Part shown: one piece after another, positions 49,665-61,613 of the stretch
How positions within the stretch are numbered: the stretch's first letter is position 1
Layout of the letters: each line of letters begins with the position of its first letter
Source of the DNA: Rhodovulum sp.
GTDB taxonomy: Bacteria; Pseudomonadota; Alphaproteobacteria; Rhodobacterales; Rhodobacteraceae
Length of the DNA: 64,000 nucleotides
Reading direction: 5' to 3'
Assembly: GCA_020637615.1 (NCBI GenBank)
Contig: JACKKC010000017.1
Span: forward strand, 4,905-68,904
The notes under the pieces: generated by a model
The model's database searches: none
Told to the model about the DNA's origin: nothing
The model's input: only the letters and a program-made list of their open reading frames with translations
Translations under genes and position numbers: made by a program

Positions 49665-52090
49665 CCCTCGAGCGCGCGGCCGATCGCCTCGAAGAGCGCG
49701 GTCATCGAAACCGGCTTGGTGAGGTAGTCGTCGATCCCTGCCGCAAGGAACCGCTCGCGGTCGCCGGGCTCGGCATTGGCGGTCAGCGCGATGATCGGCA
49801 AGCGGGATGCGGGGCCTTCCAGGGCGCGGATCCGGCGGGTGGCCTCGATGCCGTCGAGCACCGGCATCTGGATGTCCATGAGCACGAGGTCGTAGTGGCG
49901 CGCCTGGACCGCCGCCACGGCCCCCGCGCCGTTCGGGGTCAGATGCGCGTCGTGCCCGGCCATCTCCAGATAGGCGAGCAGCACCTTCTGGTTGGTCGCA
50001 TTGTCCTCGGCGACGAGGATGCGCGCGCTCCGGCGGCCAGCGGCCGGACGGGGAACGATCCGCGGCTCCTGCGGCTCGGCGACGGCTTCGGGCGAGGCGG
50101 CCGGCGGCGCGGGGATCCGGAAGCGGAAGGTGCTGCCGAGGCCCTCGACGCTGTCGACCGAGATCTCGCCGCCCATCAGTTCCACGAGCTGCTTGCAGAT
50201 GGCGAGGCCGAGCCCGGTACCGCCGCGCTTGCCTGATTCGAGCTGCGCGAAGCGGGTGAAGAGCTCGGCGCGGGTGGATTCGGGAATGCCGATGCCGGTG
50301 TCGCGGACCGCGACCGAGAGGGTGCCGCCGTCGCGCGCGTCGAAGCCGAGGCGCAGCTCGACGCTGCCCGCATCGGTGAACTTCAGCGCATTGCCCACCA
50401 GATTGGTCAGGATCTGGCGCAGGCGGGTCGAATCGCCGCACACCCATTCGGGCACGTCGCCGTCGAGGCTCATGAAGAGCCTGAGCCCGCGTTCCTCGGC
50501 CACCGCCGACATCAGGATGACCACGTCGCGGGCGATCTGCGAGGGGTTGATCGCGGCGGCCTCCAGCGTGACGCGGTCCGCCTCGAGCTTGGAGAGGTCG
50601 AGCACGTCGTTGAGCAGCGAGAGCAGGTGCTCGGCCGATTTGCGCGCCACGCTCGTGCGCTCGCGCTGCTGGGTGTCGAGGTCGGAGCGCAGCAGCAGGT
50701 CGAGCATGCCGATCACGCCGTTCATCGGCGTGCGGATCTCGTGGCTCATGGTGGCGAGGAACTGCGACTTGGCCTGAGTGGCGGCCTCCGCCTCGCGGCG
50801 TCTGGCCTCGATCTCGACGCGGTGCTCCACGTCGGCGGTCACGTCCCAGTTCACGCCGATGAGATTGAGCTCGCCGTCGCTGCCGCGATGGGTCGAGGCG
50901 GTCGCCCGGATGTGGCGGATCGCGCCGTCGGGCAGGATGAGGCGGAAATCCGAGCGGTACTTGCCGTCGCCGCCGATGCAGGTGGCGAATTCGGCCTCGG
51001 CGCGGGCGAGGTCCTCGGGATGCAGCCTCGAGCGCCAGTCCGCATAGGTCCGGGGGCGGCCGTCGGCGGGCATGCCGTAGAGCTCGTCCATCCGCGCGTC
51101 CCAGATGAGCTCGCTGGTATCGATGTTGTAGTCCCAGACGCCCACGCGGGAGGCGTCGAGCGCCAGTCCGAGGCGCTGGGAGAGGCGCTGCAGCTCGTTC
51201 TTGCGGCTCTTGAGCTGCGCCATATGCGCGTGGCGCTCGGCGATCAGGGCACGCGTGCGCAGCATGGGAACGGCGACGAGGCCGATCGAGAGCAGCGTGA
51301 GCAGCCGGATCGGCCAGACCGCGCCGGGGGTCACGCTCCAGCCCCCGCTCGGCACCGCCGCGAGGGTCCAGGCGCCGCCGGGCATCGCGACGCTGGTGGT
51401 GACCGGGTCGCGTCCCAGGACCTGGGATTCGCCGAAGAGGAGCGCGCGCCCCGGCGCCCCGCCATGCGGCTCGGCTTCGACGAGGGCGAGATCGAGCTTG
51501 CCGGATTGCGCGTCGAGCCCCGCCGCCTCGAAGAGCTGCGCCCGGTCGATCACCGCGACCGCATGGCCGCAGAACTCCTCGCCGCCCTCGGGCGTCGCGG
51601 TCTTGATCGGGGACCAGATCACCAGCGCCGGCGCCTCTCCGAGCGGGATGCTGGCGGTGCCGGATTCGCCGGGCGACGTGTGCTCCAGCACCTCCTTCAG
51701 GCGCGGTGCCAGTCCGCCCGCCTGGGTCCAGACCTGGATCCGGCCATCCTGCCAGGAGGCCGCGAGCGCCCCTATGGCCGCGGTCTTGCCCTGCAGCGCG
51801 CGCGCCACCTCCATGAAGCGCGCCTCGGACATGGCCGGGGTCGCGGAGAGGGTGCCGGCGAGCCGCGCGAGCACGTCGATCTGGTCGCCGACCGCCTCCT
51901 CGAGGTCGGCGCGCAGATCCTCCAGGACGATGTTGGTCCCGGTCCGCTGGATGTGGCGGGCGAGGTCGCGGCTCTTCATCTCGGTGACGACGCCCACGAC
52001 GAGGATCACCGCCACCGCGAGCGCGAGCGGAACGAAGGACGCCGCGGCGGGCTGACCGGCGGGCCTGCGCATTTTCCGGTTCTCGCTCAT
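49622..52090 (-). CDS. Hybrid sensor histidine kinase (periplasmic sensor, PAS, HisKA, HATPase, REC)
   Basis: MSHEIRTPMNG, NALKFT, GTGLGL, LMDIQMP, KP. Confidence 0.93.
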   Translation of the reverse strand: MSENRKMRRPAGQPAAASFVPLALAVAVILVVGVVTEMKSRDLARHIQRTGTNIVLEDLRADLEEAVGDQIDVLARLAGTLSATPAMSEARFMEVARALQGKTAAIGALAASWQDGRIQVWTQAGGLAPRLKEVLEHTSPGESGTASIPLGEAPALVIWSPIKTATPEGGEEFCGHAVAVIDRAQLFEAAGLDAQSGKLDLALVEAEPHGGAPGRALLFGESQVLGRDPVTTSVAMPGGAWTLAAVPSGGWSVTPGAVWPIRLLTLLSIGLVAVPMLRTRALIAERHAHMAQLKSRKNELQRLSQRLGLALDASRVGVWDYNIDTSELIWDARMDELYGMPADGRPRTYADWRSRLHPEDLARAEAEFATCIGGDGKYRSDFRLILPDGAIRHIRATASTHRGSDGELNLIGVNWDVTADVEHRVEIEARRREAEAATQAKSQFLATMSHEIRTPMNGVIGMLDLLLRSDLDTQQRERTSVARKSAEHLLSLLNDVLDLSKLEADRVTLEAAAINPSQIARDVVILMSAVAEERGLRLFMSLDGDVPEWVCGDSTRLRQILTNLVGNALKFTDAGSVELRLGFDARDGGTLSVAVRDTGIGIPESTRAELFTRFAQLESGKRGGTGLGLAICKQLVELMGGEISVDSVEGLGSTFRFRIPAPPAASPEAVAEPQEPRIVPRPAAGRRSARILVAEDNATNQKVLLAYLEMAGHDAHLTPNGAGAVAAVQARHYDLVLMDIQMPVLDGIEATRRIRALEGPASRLPIIALTANAEPGDRERFLAAGIDDYLTKPVSMTALFEAIGRALEGYSASTTAQASPGS

Positions 52091-52331
52091 CCCTTCCCCG
52101 ACGTCATCGCTCCGGCCTCAATCCGCTTCGCCTGCCCGGCCTGCGCTCCCAAGAGGCAGCAGCCGCGCCCATCTCTAGATCGACTCTGTAAAGAAGCGAC
52201 TTCGCTGCGGCGCGAAACAATCTAAGGTTGTAGGCAAATGCTGTTATCCCGTTCCGGCCGGGAGCGTCAATGGATATTGCCGGTTGGACGGCGCGGTGTG
52301 GCGGCCCGATGACAAGGGGCCGGCGGGGCCG

Positions 52332-53078
52332 TCACTCGGCCCAGCCCGACCCGATCAGCGCCCGTTCCGCCGAGGGGCTGAGGCTCGGACCGGCCCCGAG
52401 CGCGTCGAGGGCGCCGGTCAGGGCGGCATCGGTGGTGCCGGCCGCGGGCAGGTAGCCGCCGAGCGCATCGGCCGGGGTCTCCAGCGGTTCGGAAACCATC
52501 ACCGCCACGATCCAGGCCTCCGGTCCGTCGCGGCAGGCTATGCCGCGCGAGAACTGCGCGGAATCGCCGTCGAGCGCCTCGAATTCCCGGCAGTAGCGTC
52601 CCTCGCCGTCGCGGAAGGTCCCGATCATGGTGATCTCGCGCCCGGTCTCCAGCGCCACGGTGTCGCCGCTGGGAACCTCTTCGAGCACCGCGTGAAGATC
52701 GCCGGCGACCGGCCCGACCTCCCTTTGCCCCGGGCCGGAGGTCCAGGTGCCGATCGACACCCCGATCACGAGCGCGAGCCCCGCCGCCGCCGCGAGCATT
52801 CCCGCCGGCATGAGCCAGCCGCGGAGCGATTCGGGCAGGCGGAAGCCGCTCGGGCGCGGCGCGGGCGCCAGCACCCGGCGGATGCGCTCGGGAACCGGCT
52901 CCGCGAGCGGGGCGGCATAGGCGGCCGCCAGCAGCCGGTTCAGCTCGTTGAGCGCATCGACCTGCCGGCGGTCCTCCTCGCTGTCCGCGAGATGCATGAC
53001 CACCCGCGCCGCGTCTTCCGGCTCCAGCGCCCCGTCCACATAGGCGGCGAGCCGCTCCGATCCGCTCAGCGCGCCCAT
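52332..53078 (-). CDS. Transmembrane anti-sigma factor
   Basis: LAAYVDGAL N-terminus, one TM helix, YCREF..IACR periplasmic domain; downstream of the ECF sigma. Confidence 0.82.
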   Translation of the reverse strand: MGALSGSERLAAYVDGALEPEDAARVVMHLADSEEDRRQVDALNELNRLLAAAYAAPLAEPVPERIRRVLAPAPRPSGFRLPESLRGWLMPAGMLAAAAGLALVIGVSIGTWTSGPGQREVGPVAGDLHAVLEEVPSGDTVALETGREITMIGTFRDGEGRYCREFEALDGDSAQFSRGIACRDGPEAWIVAVMVSEPLETPADALGGYLPAAGTTDAALTGALDALGAGPSLSPSAERALIGSGWAE

Positions 53079-53641
53079 GCCCGTGCCTCCTCCGGCGGCG
53101 TGTCCATGATGTCGAGGAGCCGGCTGCGGGCGCGCGAGAGGCGGCTCATGACGGTGCCCATCGGCAGGTCCAGCACCTCGGCGGTCTCGCGGTAGTTCAG
53201 CCCCTCGATGGCGACGAGGACGAGCACCGCCCGCTGGTCGTCCGGCAGCCGGTCGACGGCATCCCGGATCCGGGCGAGGGTCAGCCGGTCGTCGAGCCGC
53301 CGCGCGCTCTGGCCGCCGTCGGAGAGCTCGGTGCGCTCGGGGTCGACGCGGGTGCCGCGCACCTTCTGGCGACGGCGGTCGTCGAGCCAGAGATTCTGCA
53401 TGATGCGAAACATCCAGCTGTCCATCCGCGTGCCGGGACGGAACTGGTCGGCGTGGCGCAGCGCGCGCTCGCAGGCGGTCTGCACCAGGTCGTCCCCAGC
53501 GTCGCCCGAACCCGTTAGGGCATAGGCGAAGCGCCGCAGCCGCGGCACGAGATTCACCAGCTCGCTCTGGAACCTGCTGTCCAGCCCCGTGTCCCCCCTC
53601 GACGTCGAAGCCAGGATTCCACCGGGCCCGATCGGCCCCAT
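53066..53641 (-). CDS. ECF RNA polymerase sigma factor (start uncertain)
   Basis: LRRFAYAL, DDLVQ, WMFRIMQN, GTVMSRLSRAR. Confidence 0.9.
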   Translation of the reverse strand: MGPIGPGGILASTSRGDTGLDSRFQSELVNLVPRLRRFAYALTGSGDAGDDLVQTACERALRHADQFRPGTRMDSWMFRIMQNLWLDDRRRQKVRGTRVDPERTELSDGGQSARRLDDRLTLARIRDAVDRLPDDQRAVLVLVAIEGLNYRETAEVLDLPMGTVMSRLSRARSRLLDIMDTPPEEARAWAR

Positions 53642-53723
53642 GCTACGAAAATCGGCGGGCTTCAGCAACTTGCATCCTGTGGTGACCGGATTGCATGATG
53701 TCGCCGGGAGGAGTGGTAGTCTC

Positions 53724-55511
<1,788 letters not shown>

Positions 55512-55611
55512 CCGGGCGCCCGCGGACCCCGCACCGCGCCGCGGTCGGCAAAGGGGTTTGACAAGCGGGGGCTCCGGCCGGACCCTGCGGCGGTCAGCGA
55601 GGGAGGCGGCG

Positions 55612-56607
55612 ATGGGCTTCGAGGCTCTGGTGGTCGACAAGGACGGGGAAGGCAAGACCCATGCCGCGGTGCGCCGGCTGGAGGTCGACGACCTGCCCGC
55701 GGGCGAGGTGACGGTCGCGGTCCACTATAGCTCGGTCAACTACAAGGACGGGCTCTGCATCGGCCCCGGCGCGGGGCTGGTGCGAAAATACCCGCATGTG
55801 CCGGGGGTCGATTTCGCCGGGATCGTCGAGGACTCCTCCGATCCACGCTACGCGCCTGGCGACGCGGTGGTCCTGACCGGCTGGCGGGTCGGCGAGGCGC
55901 ATTGGGGCGGCTATGCGCAGAAGGCCCGCGTCCGGGCGGACTGGCTGGTGCCGCTGCCCGAGGGCCTGACGCTGCGCCAGGCCATGGCGATCGGCACCGC
56001 CGGCTTCACCGCGATGCTGGCGGTGATGGCGCTCGAGGAGCACGGGCTGGCGCCGGGTCACGGGCCGGTGCTGGTGACCGGCGCCGCGGGCGGCGTCGGC
56101 TCGGTGGCGGTGGCGGTGCTGGCGCGGCTCGGCCACGAGGTCGCCGCGGTCACCGGACGGCCGGAGACCGAGGGCTATCTGCGCGGCCTCGGCGCGAGCC
56201 GGATCGTGCCGCGCGAGGAGATCGCCGAAGCGATCGCGCGGCCGATGGAATCCGAGACCTGGGCGGGATGCATCGACGCGGTCGGCGGCACGGTCCTGGC
56301 GCGGGTGACCAAGCAGCTGAAATACCGCTGCTCGGTGGCCGCGGTCGGCAATGCCGGCGGGCTCGACGTGCCGCTCAGCGTCATCCCGCTGCTGCTGCGC
56401 GGCGTGAACATCCTCGGCATCGACAGCGTGCTCCAGCCCTTCGAGAACCGCATTCGCGCCTGGGGCCGGTTGACCCGCGATCTCGATCTCGACATGCTGG
56501 AGGGCATGGTCCGTTCGGCCACCCTCGCCGATCTGCCTGGGCTCGGCCGGGACATTCTGAAGGGCAGGGTGCAGGGCCGCGTCGTGGTGGATGTCGCCGG
56601 GGCATGA
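55612..56607 (+). CDS. acuI: Acryloyl-CoA reductase AcuI/YhdH family
   Basis: YSSVNYKD, AIGTAGFTA, TGAAGGVGS, LRGVNILGIDSV. Confidence 0.85.
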   Translation: MGFEALVVDKDGEGKTHAAVRRLEVDDLPAGEVTVAVHYSSVNYKDGLCIGPGAGLVRKYPHVPGVDFAGIVEDSSDPRYAPGDAVVLTGWRVGEAHWGGYAQKARVRADWLVPLPEGLTLRQAMAIGTAGFTAMLAVMALEEHGLAPGHGPVLVTGAAGGVGSVAVAVLARLGHEVAAVTGRPETEGYLRGLGASRIVPREEIAEAIARPMESETWAGCIDAVGGTVLARVTKQLKYRCSVAAVGNAGGLDVPLSVIPLLLRGVNILGIDSVLQPFENRIRAWGRLTRDLDLDMLEGMVRSATLADLPGLGRDILKGRVQGRVVVDVAGA

Positions 56608-56792
56608 CCACGACGACCCGTGTCCGGTGGGGACACAATCGCGGGGCGAACCTCTGTGTCCGCAGTCGCGCTATGGGATCCCGTCCGACGACGGGCTGAC
56701 GGTGACTGACCCCTGCCGGTCGCATTTCGCGGGTCGATCCCTCTGGATCGGCCCAGGATGGCGCGCAGGGAAGCAAAGGGGAATCGAACCGC

Positions 56793-58424
56793 ATGGCAGA
56801 GAGCGACATCGCCGACGTTCCGATGGATCCTTCGGTCAACTACGAGATCGGACAGGACAACATCCAGACGTCGCTTGGCCCCTTCGGGCTCGACATCCAC
56901 AACCCGGTCTTTCTCGTCTCCGGGCTCGGCATCCTCGCCTTCGTGCTCGGGACGCTGATGTTCCCGGAAGGCGCGACCACGCTCTTCAACGGCATCCGCG
57001 GCTGGCTGACCAATCACCTCGACTGGTTCTTCATCATCGCGGGCAACGTCTTCGTCATCTTCTGCCTGCTCCTGATCGTCACGCCGCTCGGCAACGTGCG
57101 CCTCGGGGGCGAGGATGCCAGGCCCGACTACAATTATTTCGGCTGGTTCGCGATGCTCTTCGCGGCCGGGATGGGCATCGGCCTGATGTTCTTCGGGGTG
57201 CTCGAGCCGGTCTATCACATGGCGATCTCGGAGCCGCTCGGCGTGCCCTCGCCCTTCGACGCCGACGGCAACCTGATCCCCGAGAACGTGGCGGCGGCTC
57301 GCGCCATGGGCATGGCCGCGACCACCTACCACTGGGCGCTGCATCCTTGGGCGATGTATGCGGTCGTCGGGCTGGCGCTCGCCTTCTTCACCTACAACCG
57401 CGGCCTGCCGCTGACGATCCGCTCGGCCTTCTATCCGGTCTTCGGCAACCGCGTCTGGGGTCCGACCGGCCATGTGATCGACACGGTCGCGGTCTTCGCC
57501 ACGCTCTTCGGGCTCGCCACCTCGCTCGGCTTCGGCGCCGAGCAGGCGGTGGCCGGGCTCAACTATCTCTTCGGTATCCCGAACACCGAAGTCGTGAAGG
57601 TGATCCTGATCATCGCGATCACCGCCGTGGCGACCACATCGGTGCTCAAGGGGCTCGACGGCGGGGTCAAGCGCGCCTCCGAGATCAACATGGTGCTCGC
57701 CTTCATCCTGCTGCTCTTCGTGATCTTCACGGCCGGGGCCGGGCGGATCTTCGGCGATTTCTTCGCCACGCTCCGCGCCTATGTCGGTGAGCTCGTTCCG
57801 CTCTCCAATCCCTTCGGCCGCACCGACGACGGCTTCCGCCACGGCTGGACCGCCTTCTACTGGGCCTGGTGGATCTCCTGGTCGCCCTTCGTCGGCATGT
57901 TCATCGCGCGCGTCAGCCGCGGTCGCAGCGTGCGGGAATTCGTGATCTGCGTGCTGCTGATCCCGAGCCTCGTCTGCACGCTCTGGATGGCGGTCTTCGG
58001 CGGCACGGCGATCGAGCAGGCCCTGACCAACCCGGACAGCGCGGTCAAGGCCTATGTGATCGACAGCTACAGCCCGGAGCTCTCGCTCTTCGGCATGCTG
58101 TCGGAACTGCCGCTCGCCTCGATCACCTCGGTGATCGGCATCATCCTGGTGATCGTCTTCTTCGTCACCTCGTCGGATTCCGGCTCGCTCGTCATCGACA
58201 CGATCACCGCCGGCGGCAAGACCGACGGGCCGCTGCCGCAGCGGGTTTTCTGGTGCTTGCTCGAGGGATTGGTGGCCATTGCGCTGCTGCTCGGCGGCGG
58301 GCTCGCGGCCCTGCAATCCATGGCGGTGGCGACGGGCTTTCCCTTCGCGGTGCTGCTGCTCCTGATGTGCGTGGCGGTCTGGATGGGGTTGCGCGCCGAG
58401 CGACGCGGCAAGTCGCTCGGCTGA
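56793..58424 (+). CDS. BCCT family transporter
   Basis: WFAMLFAAGMGIGLMF, HWALHPW, WTAFYWAWWISWSPFVG. Confidence 0.93.
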   Translation: MAESDIADVPMDPSVNYEIGQDNIQTSLGPFGLDIHNPVFLVSGLGILAFVLGTLMFPEGATTLFNGIRGWLTNHLDWFFIIAGNVFVIFCLLLIVTPLGNVRLGGEDARPDYNYFGWFAMLFAAGMGIGLMFFGVLEPVYHMAISEPLGVPSPFDADGNLIPENVAAARAMGMAATTYHWALHPWAMYAVVGLALAFFTYNRGLPLTIRSAFYPVFGNRVWGPTGHVIDTVAVFATLFGLATSLGFGAEQAVAGLNYLFGIPNTEVVKVILIIAITAVATTSVLKGLDGGVKRASEINMVLAFILLLFVIFTAGAGRIFGDFFATLRAYVGELVPLSNPFGRTDDGFRHGWTAFYWAWWISWSPFVGMFIARVSRGRSVREFVICVLLIPSLVCTLWMAVFGGTAIEQALTNPDSAVKAYVIDSYSPELSLFGMLSELPLASITSVIGIILVIVFFVTSSDSGSLVIDTITAGGKTDGPLPQRVFWCLLEGLVAIALLLGGGLAALQSMAVATGFPFAVLLLLMCVAVWMGLRAERRGKSLG

Positions 58425-58512
58425 GGCCGGGGCGCGCCGGCCCCTGCGGCGAGCTGCAGGGGCCGGCCGGCGGATTTGAAACCTGCGCGGGGCGGGCCAG
58501 TTTAACCCCGCC

Positions 58513-59958
58513 ATGAGCGATGCCACGCCCGTCCTCTTCTGGTTCCGGCGCGATCTGCGCCTGAGCGACAATCCCGGGCTCGCCGCCGCCTGCCGCGACG
58601 GCGGTCCGGTCGTCCCGGTCTTCTTGCTCGACCCGGAGACCGAGGCGCTCGGTGCGGCGGCGCGATGGCGGCTCGGCCGATCCGTCGCGGATCTCGGGAG
58701 GCGGCTCGAGGCGATCGGCAGCCGCCTGATCCTGCGCCGCGGCCCGGCCGCCGGGACGCTCCTCACGCTGGCGGAGGAGACCGGCGCGCGCGGGGTGCGC
58801 TGGACGCGGCTCTACGCGCCGGAGACTGTCGCGCGCGACCGGCAGGTCAAGGCGCGCCTGGCGGCCGCCGGCATCGGGGCGACCAGCCATCCGGGCCATC
58901 TGCTCCACGAGCCCTGGGAGGTCGGGACCGGCGCGGGCGGCGCCTACCGGGTCTTCACCCCCTTCTGGCACGCGATCGCGCGGCTTGGCCTGGACGAGCC
59001 CTTGCCGGGGATCGGCCGGATCCCGGCGCCGGCGGCCTGGCCGGCATCCGATGACCTGGAGGAATGGCGGCTCGGCGCGGGCATGGACCGTGGCGCCGCC
59101 GTGGTCGCGCGCCACGCGAAGGTCGGCGAGGCCGCCGCCGCCGAGCGGCTGGCCGGGTTTCTCGAACATCGGATCGCGAGTTATGGCCGCGACCGGGACC
59201 GCCCCGATCGCGACGGGACATCGGGGCTCTCGGAGAACCTGACCTGGGGCGAGATCTCGGTGCGGACCGTCTGGCATGCCGCGCAGCGCGCCGAGGCGGA
59301 AGGCGCCGCGGGCGCCGCGGCCTTTCTCAGGCAGCTCGGCTGGCGCGATTTCGCCTGGCACCTGCTCTGGCACGAACCGGCGATCGCGGAGCGGAACTGG
59401 CGCGCCGGCTGGGACGACTTTCCCTGGCGCGCGGACAATGCGGAGGCCGAACGCTGGCGTCGCGGCATGACCGGCGAGCCGATGGTCGATGCCGGCATGC
59501 GCGAGATGTATGTGACGGGCAGGATGCACAACCGTGCGCGGATGCTGGTGGCGAGCTATCTCACCAAGCATCTGATGACCCACTGGAAGGTCGGCGCCGA
59601 CTGGTTCGCGGAATGCCTGACCGACTGGGATCCGGCCTCGAACGCGATGGGCTGGCAATGGGTCGCGGGCTCCGGCCCGGACGCGGCACCGTTCTTCCGC
59701 GTCTTCAGCCCCACGCTCCAGGCGGAGAAGTTCGACCCCGACGGCGCCTATCGCCGCCGCTACGTGGCCGAACTGGCGCCAGGGCCGCCCCATGCCGATG
59801 CGAGGGCCTATTTCGAGGCGGTGCCGCGATTCTGGGGCCTCGATCCCTCAGGGACCTATCCCGACCCCCTGGTCGACCTGAAGGCCGGCAGGCGGGCGGC
59901 GCTGGACGCCTACGGCAAGCATGTCGCCGTCCGCCCGGGCGGGCGCACCTCCGCGTGA
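58513..59958 (+). CDS. phrB: Deoxyribodipyrimidine photolyase (class I CPD)
   Basis: WFRRDLRLSDNP, WRDF, MHNRARM, GWQW.AG.G.DA. Confidence 0.92.
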   Translation: MSDATPVLFWFRRDLRLSDNPGLAAACRDGGPVVPVFLLDPETEALGAAARWRLGRSVADLGRRLEAIGSRLILRRGPAAGTLLTLAEETGARGVRWTRLYAPETVARDRQVKARLAAAGIGATSHPGHLLHEPWEVGTGAGGAYRVFTPFWHAIARLGLDEPLPGIGRIPAPAAWPASDDLEEWRLGAGMDRGAAVVARHAKVGEAAAAERLAGFLEHRIASYGRDRDRPDRDGTSGLSENLTWGEISVRTVWHAAQRAEAEGAAGAAAFLRQLGWRDFAWHLLWHEPAIAERNWRAGWDDFPWRADNAEAERWRRGMTGEPMVDAGMREMYVTGRMHNRARMLVASYLTKHLMTHWKVGADWFAECLTDWDPASNAMGWQWVAGSGPDAAPFFRVFSPTLQAEKFDPDGAYRRRYVAELAPGPPHADARAYFEAVPRFWGLDPSGTYPDPLVDLKAGRRAALDAYGKHVAVRPGGRTSA

Positions 59959-60018
59959 CCGGGTCCACATCCGACCCGCGGTCGCGGAGCAGGGCATCTA
60001 CATCTGGCAACGCGTCCC

Positions 60019-60083
60019 CGTCCGCCTGAGCTCCGGACGGGCCTGGCGCCACCATCCCGCCCGGCGGGCACCGCCGGGCAGCG
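60019..60083 (+). repeat. Dispersed structured repeat, copy B
   Basis: 58/65 identity with 39202-39266; weaker ungapped similarity extends ~30 nt upstream. Confidence 0.8.
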
Positions 60084-60227
60084 CCCGCCCCGCGAAACTG
60101 CTGCTCCATTTCCGGGCAGAGACAGTCGAGAAGACAAATTGAGCGCCAGATGCGATGGCCCTGGGCAGACACGCAACGCTTGGAATTTCCGGCAAAATCG
60201 GTTCTTATTCTCTCGCGGAGGGTCAGC

Positions 60228-61440
60228 ATGCAGGAAGACCTGGCAAGGGTGGAAACCTCGACGCGCCGGGCAGCGCACCGACCTGCCGCGCTGGTTCTCG
60301 ACCACAGCTTCGCGCTCGCCAAAGGCATCCGCACCGGCAGCGTCGACGTGGAACTGCCCGACGGGCGGGTCTTTGAAGACCGAAAAGGACCGGAGCAGAA
60401 ACCGGCGGCGCGGCTCACGATCCGCGACGCGCAGGTCTTCGCGGGTGGCACTTGCAGGAGCGAAGCTCAGCTTCTGCGAGGCCTATCTCGACGGCTGGTG
60501 GGATGCACCCCCGACCTGCAGGCGCTCCTCGACGTGATCCTCAGCAACAAGAACTGGGTCGTGCGCATCCGCTCACGCCGCACTCCTGCGCGCCAGCCAA
60601 CGCCCCATACTGGCGAACGCCAATACCTGGTCCCAGGCGAAGAAGAACATCGCCCATCACTACGACCTCGGCAGCAGCTACCACCACAGCCACTGGCGCT
60701 CGACAGACGATGACCTGTTTCTCCGCGCTCTTCGACCAGGAGGCAAAGGGATCTCCCGCAGCGCAGCGCCGCAAATACGCCAGCGATAACTCGACCGCAT
60801 CAGCGCCGGCGAGAGGCATCACCTGCTCCAGATCAGCTGCGGCTGGGGAGCTTCGCGGAATATGCCGCCAGCGAACGCAGCGTGGTCACCAGCTGACCAT
60901 CAGCCGCCAGCAGCACGATTTCGCCCAACGCCGCATCCAGGCGGCGGGAGCTCGGCGACAGGTGGCGATCGAGCTACGCGACTACCGCGACGAGCGCGGC
61001 GCCTATGACATCGCCTCGATCGAGATGTTCGAGGCTGATGGGCGAGAAATACTGGCCGGCCTATTTCGACACCGTGCGCGACCGGCTCAAGCCCGGCGCG
61101 CGAAGAGGCGACGATCCAGGTCATCACCATCCGGATTCTTTTTCCCACCTATCGCAAGACGGTGGACTTCATCCAAAGCCACATCTTCCCCGGCGGCATG
61201 CTGCGAGCCCCGCAGCGCTGCAGGCAGGATCCTGCGCGCAGGTCTCAAGCCGGTCGGATCGCTGGAAGACTTCGGCCAGAGCTATTCCGAGACCCTGCGG
61301 CGCTGGCATGCGGCCTTCAACGCGGCCTGGGCCGAGATCCAGCCGCTCGGCTTCGACGAGCGCTTCCGGCGGATGTGGAACCTCTATCTCACTTCCTGCG
61401 CGGCCTCGTTCCGCACGGGAACGACCGACGTCCTTGGTGA
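60228..61440 (+). pseudogene. cfa: Cyclopropane-fatty-acyl-phospholipid synthase family gene with many frameshifts
   Basis: Fragments in changing frames: EAYLDGWW, KKNIAHHYDLG, DYRDERGAYD, SIEMFEA, FIQSHIFPGG, FRRMWNLYL; next to the photolyase. Confidence 0.8.
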
Positions 61441-61613
61441 CCGCCGGGCCATCCGCCCGTCGAGGATCTCGTCGGGCGGCCGTAATCGCATCGGCAGGTC
61501 ATATCGTTCTCCTCCGGACGCCTCGGGGAGCGCGCGCGCCGCCGCCGGGGCTGGACGGGGGCGGGCCGCGGCGGCTAGTCAGGGCCTGAGGGCAGCAGAG
61601 CGAGGAGATCGCC

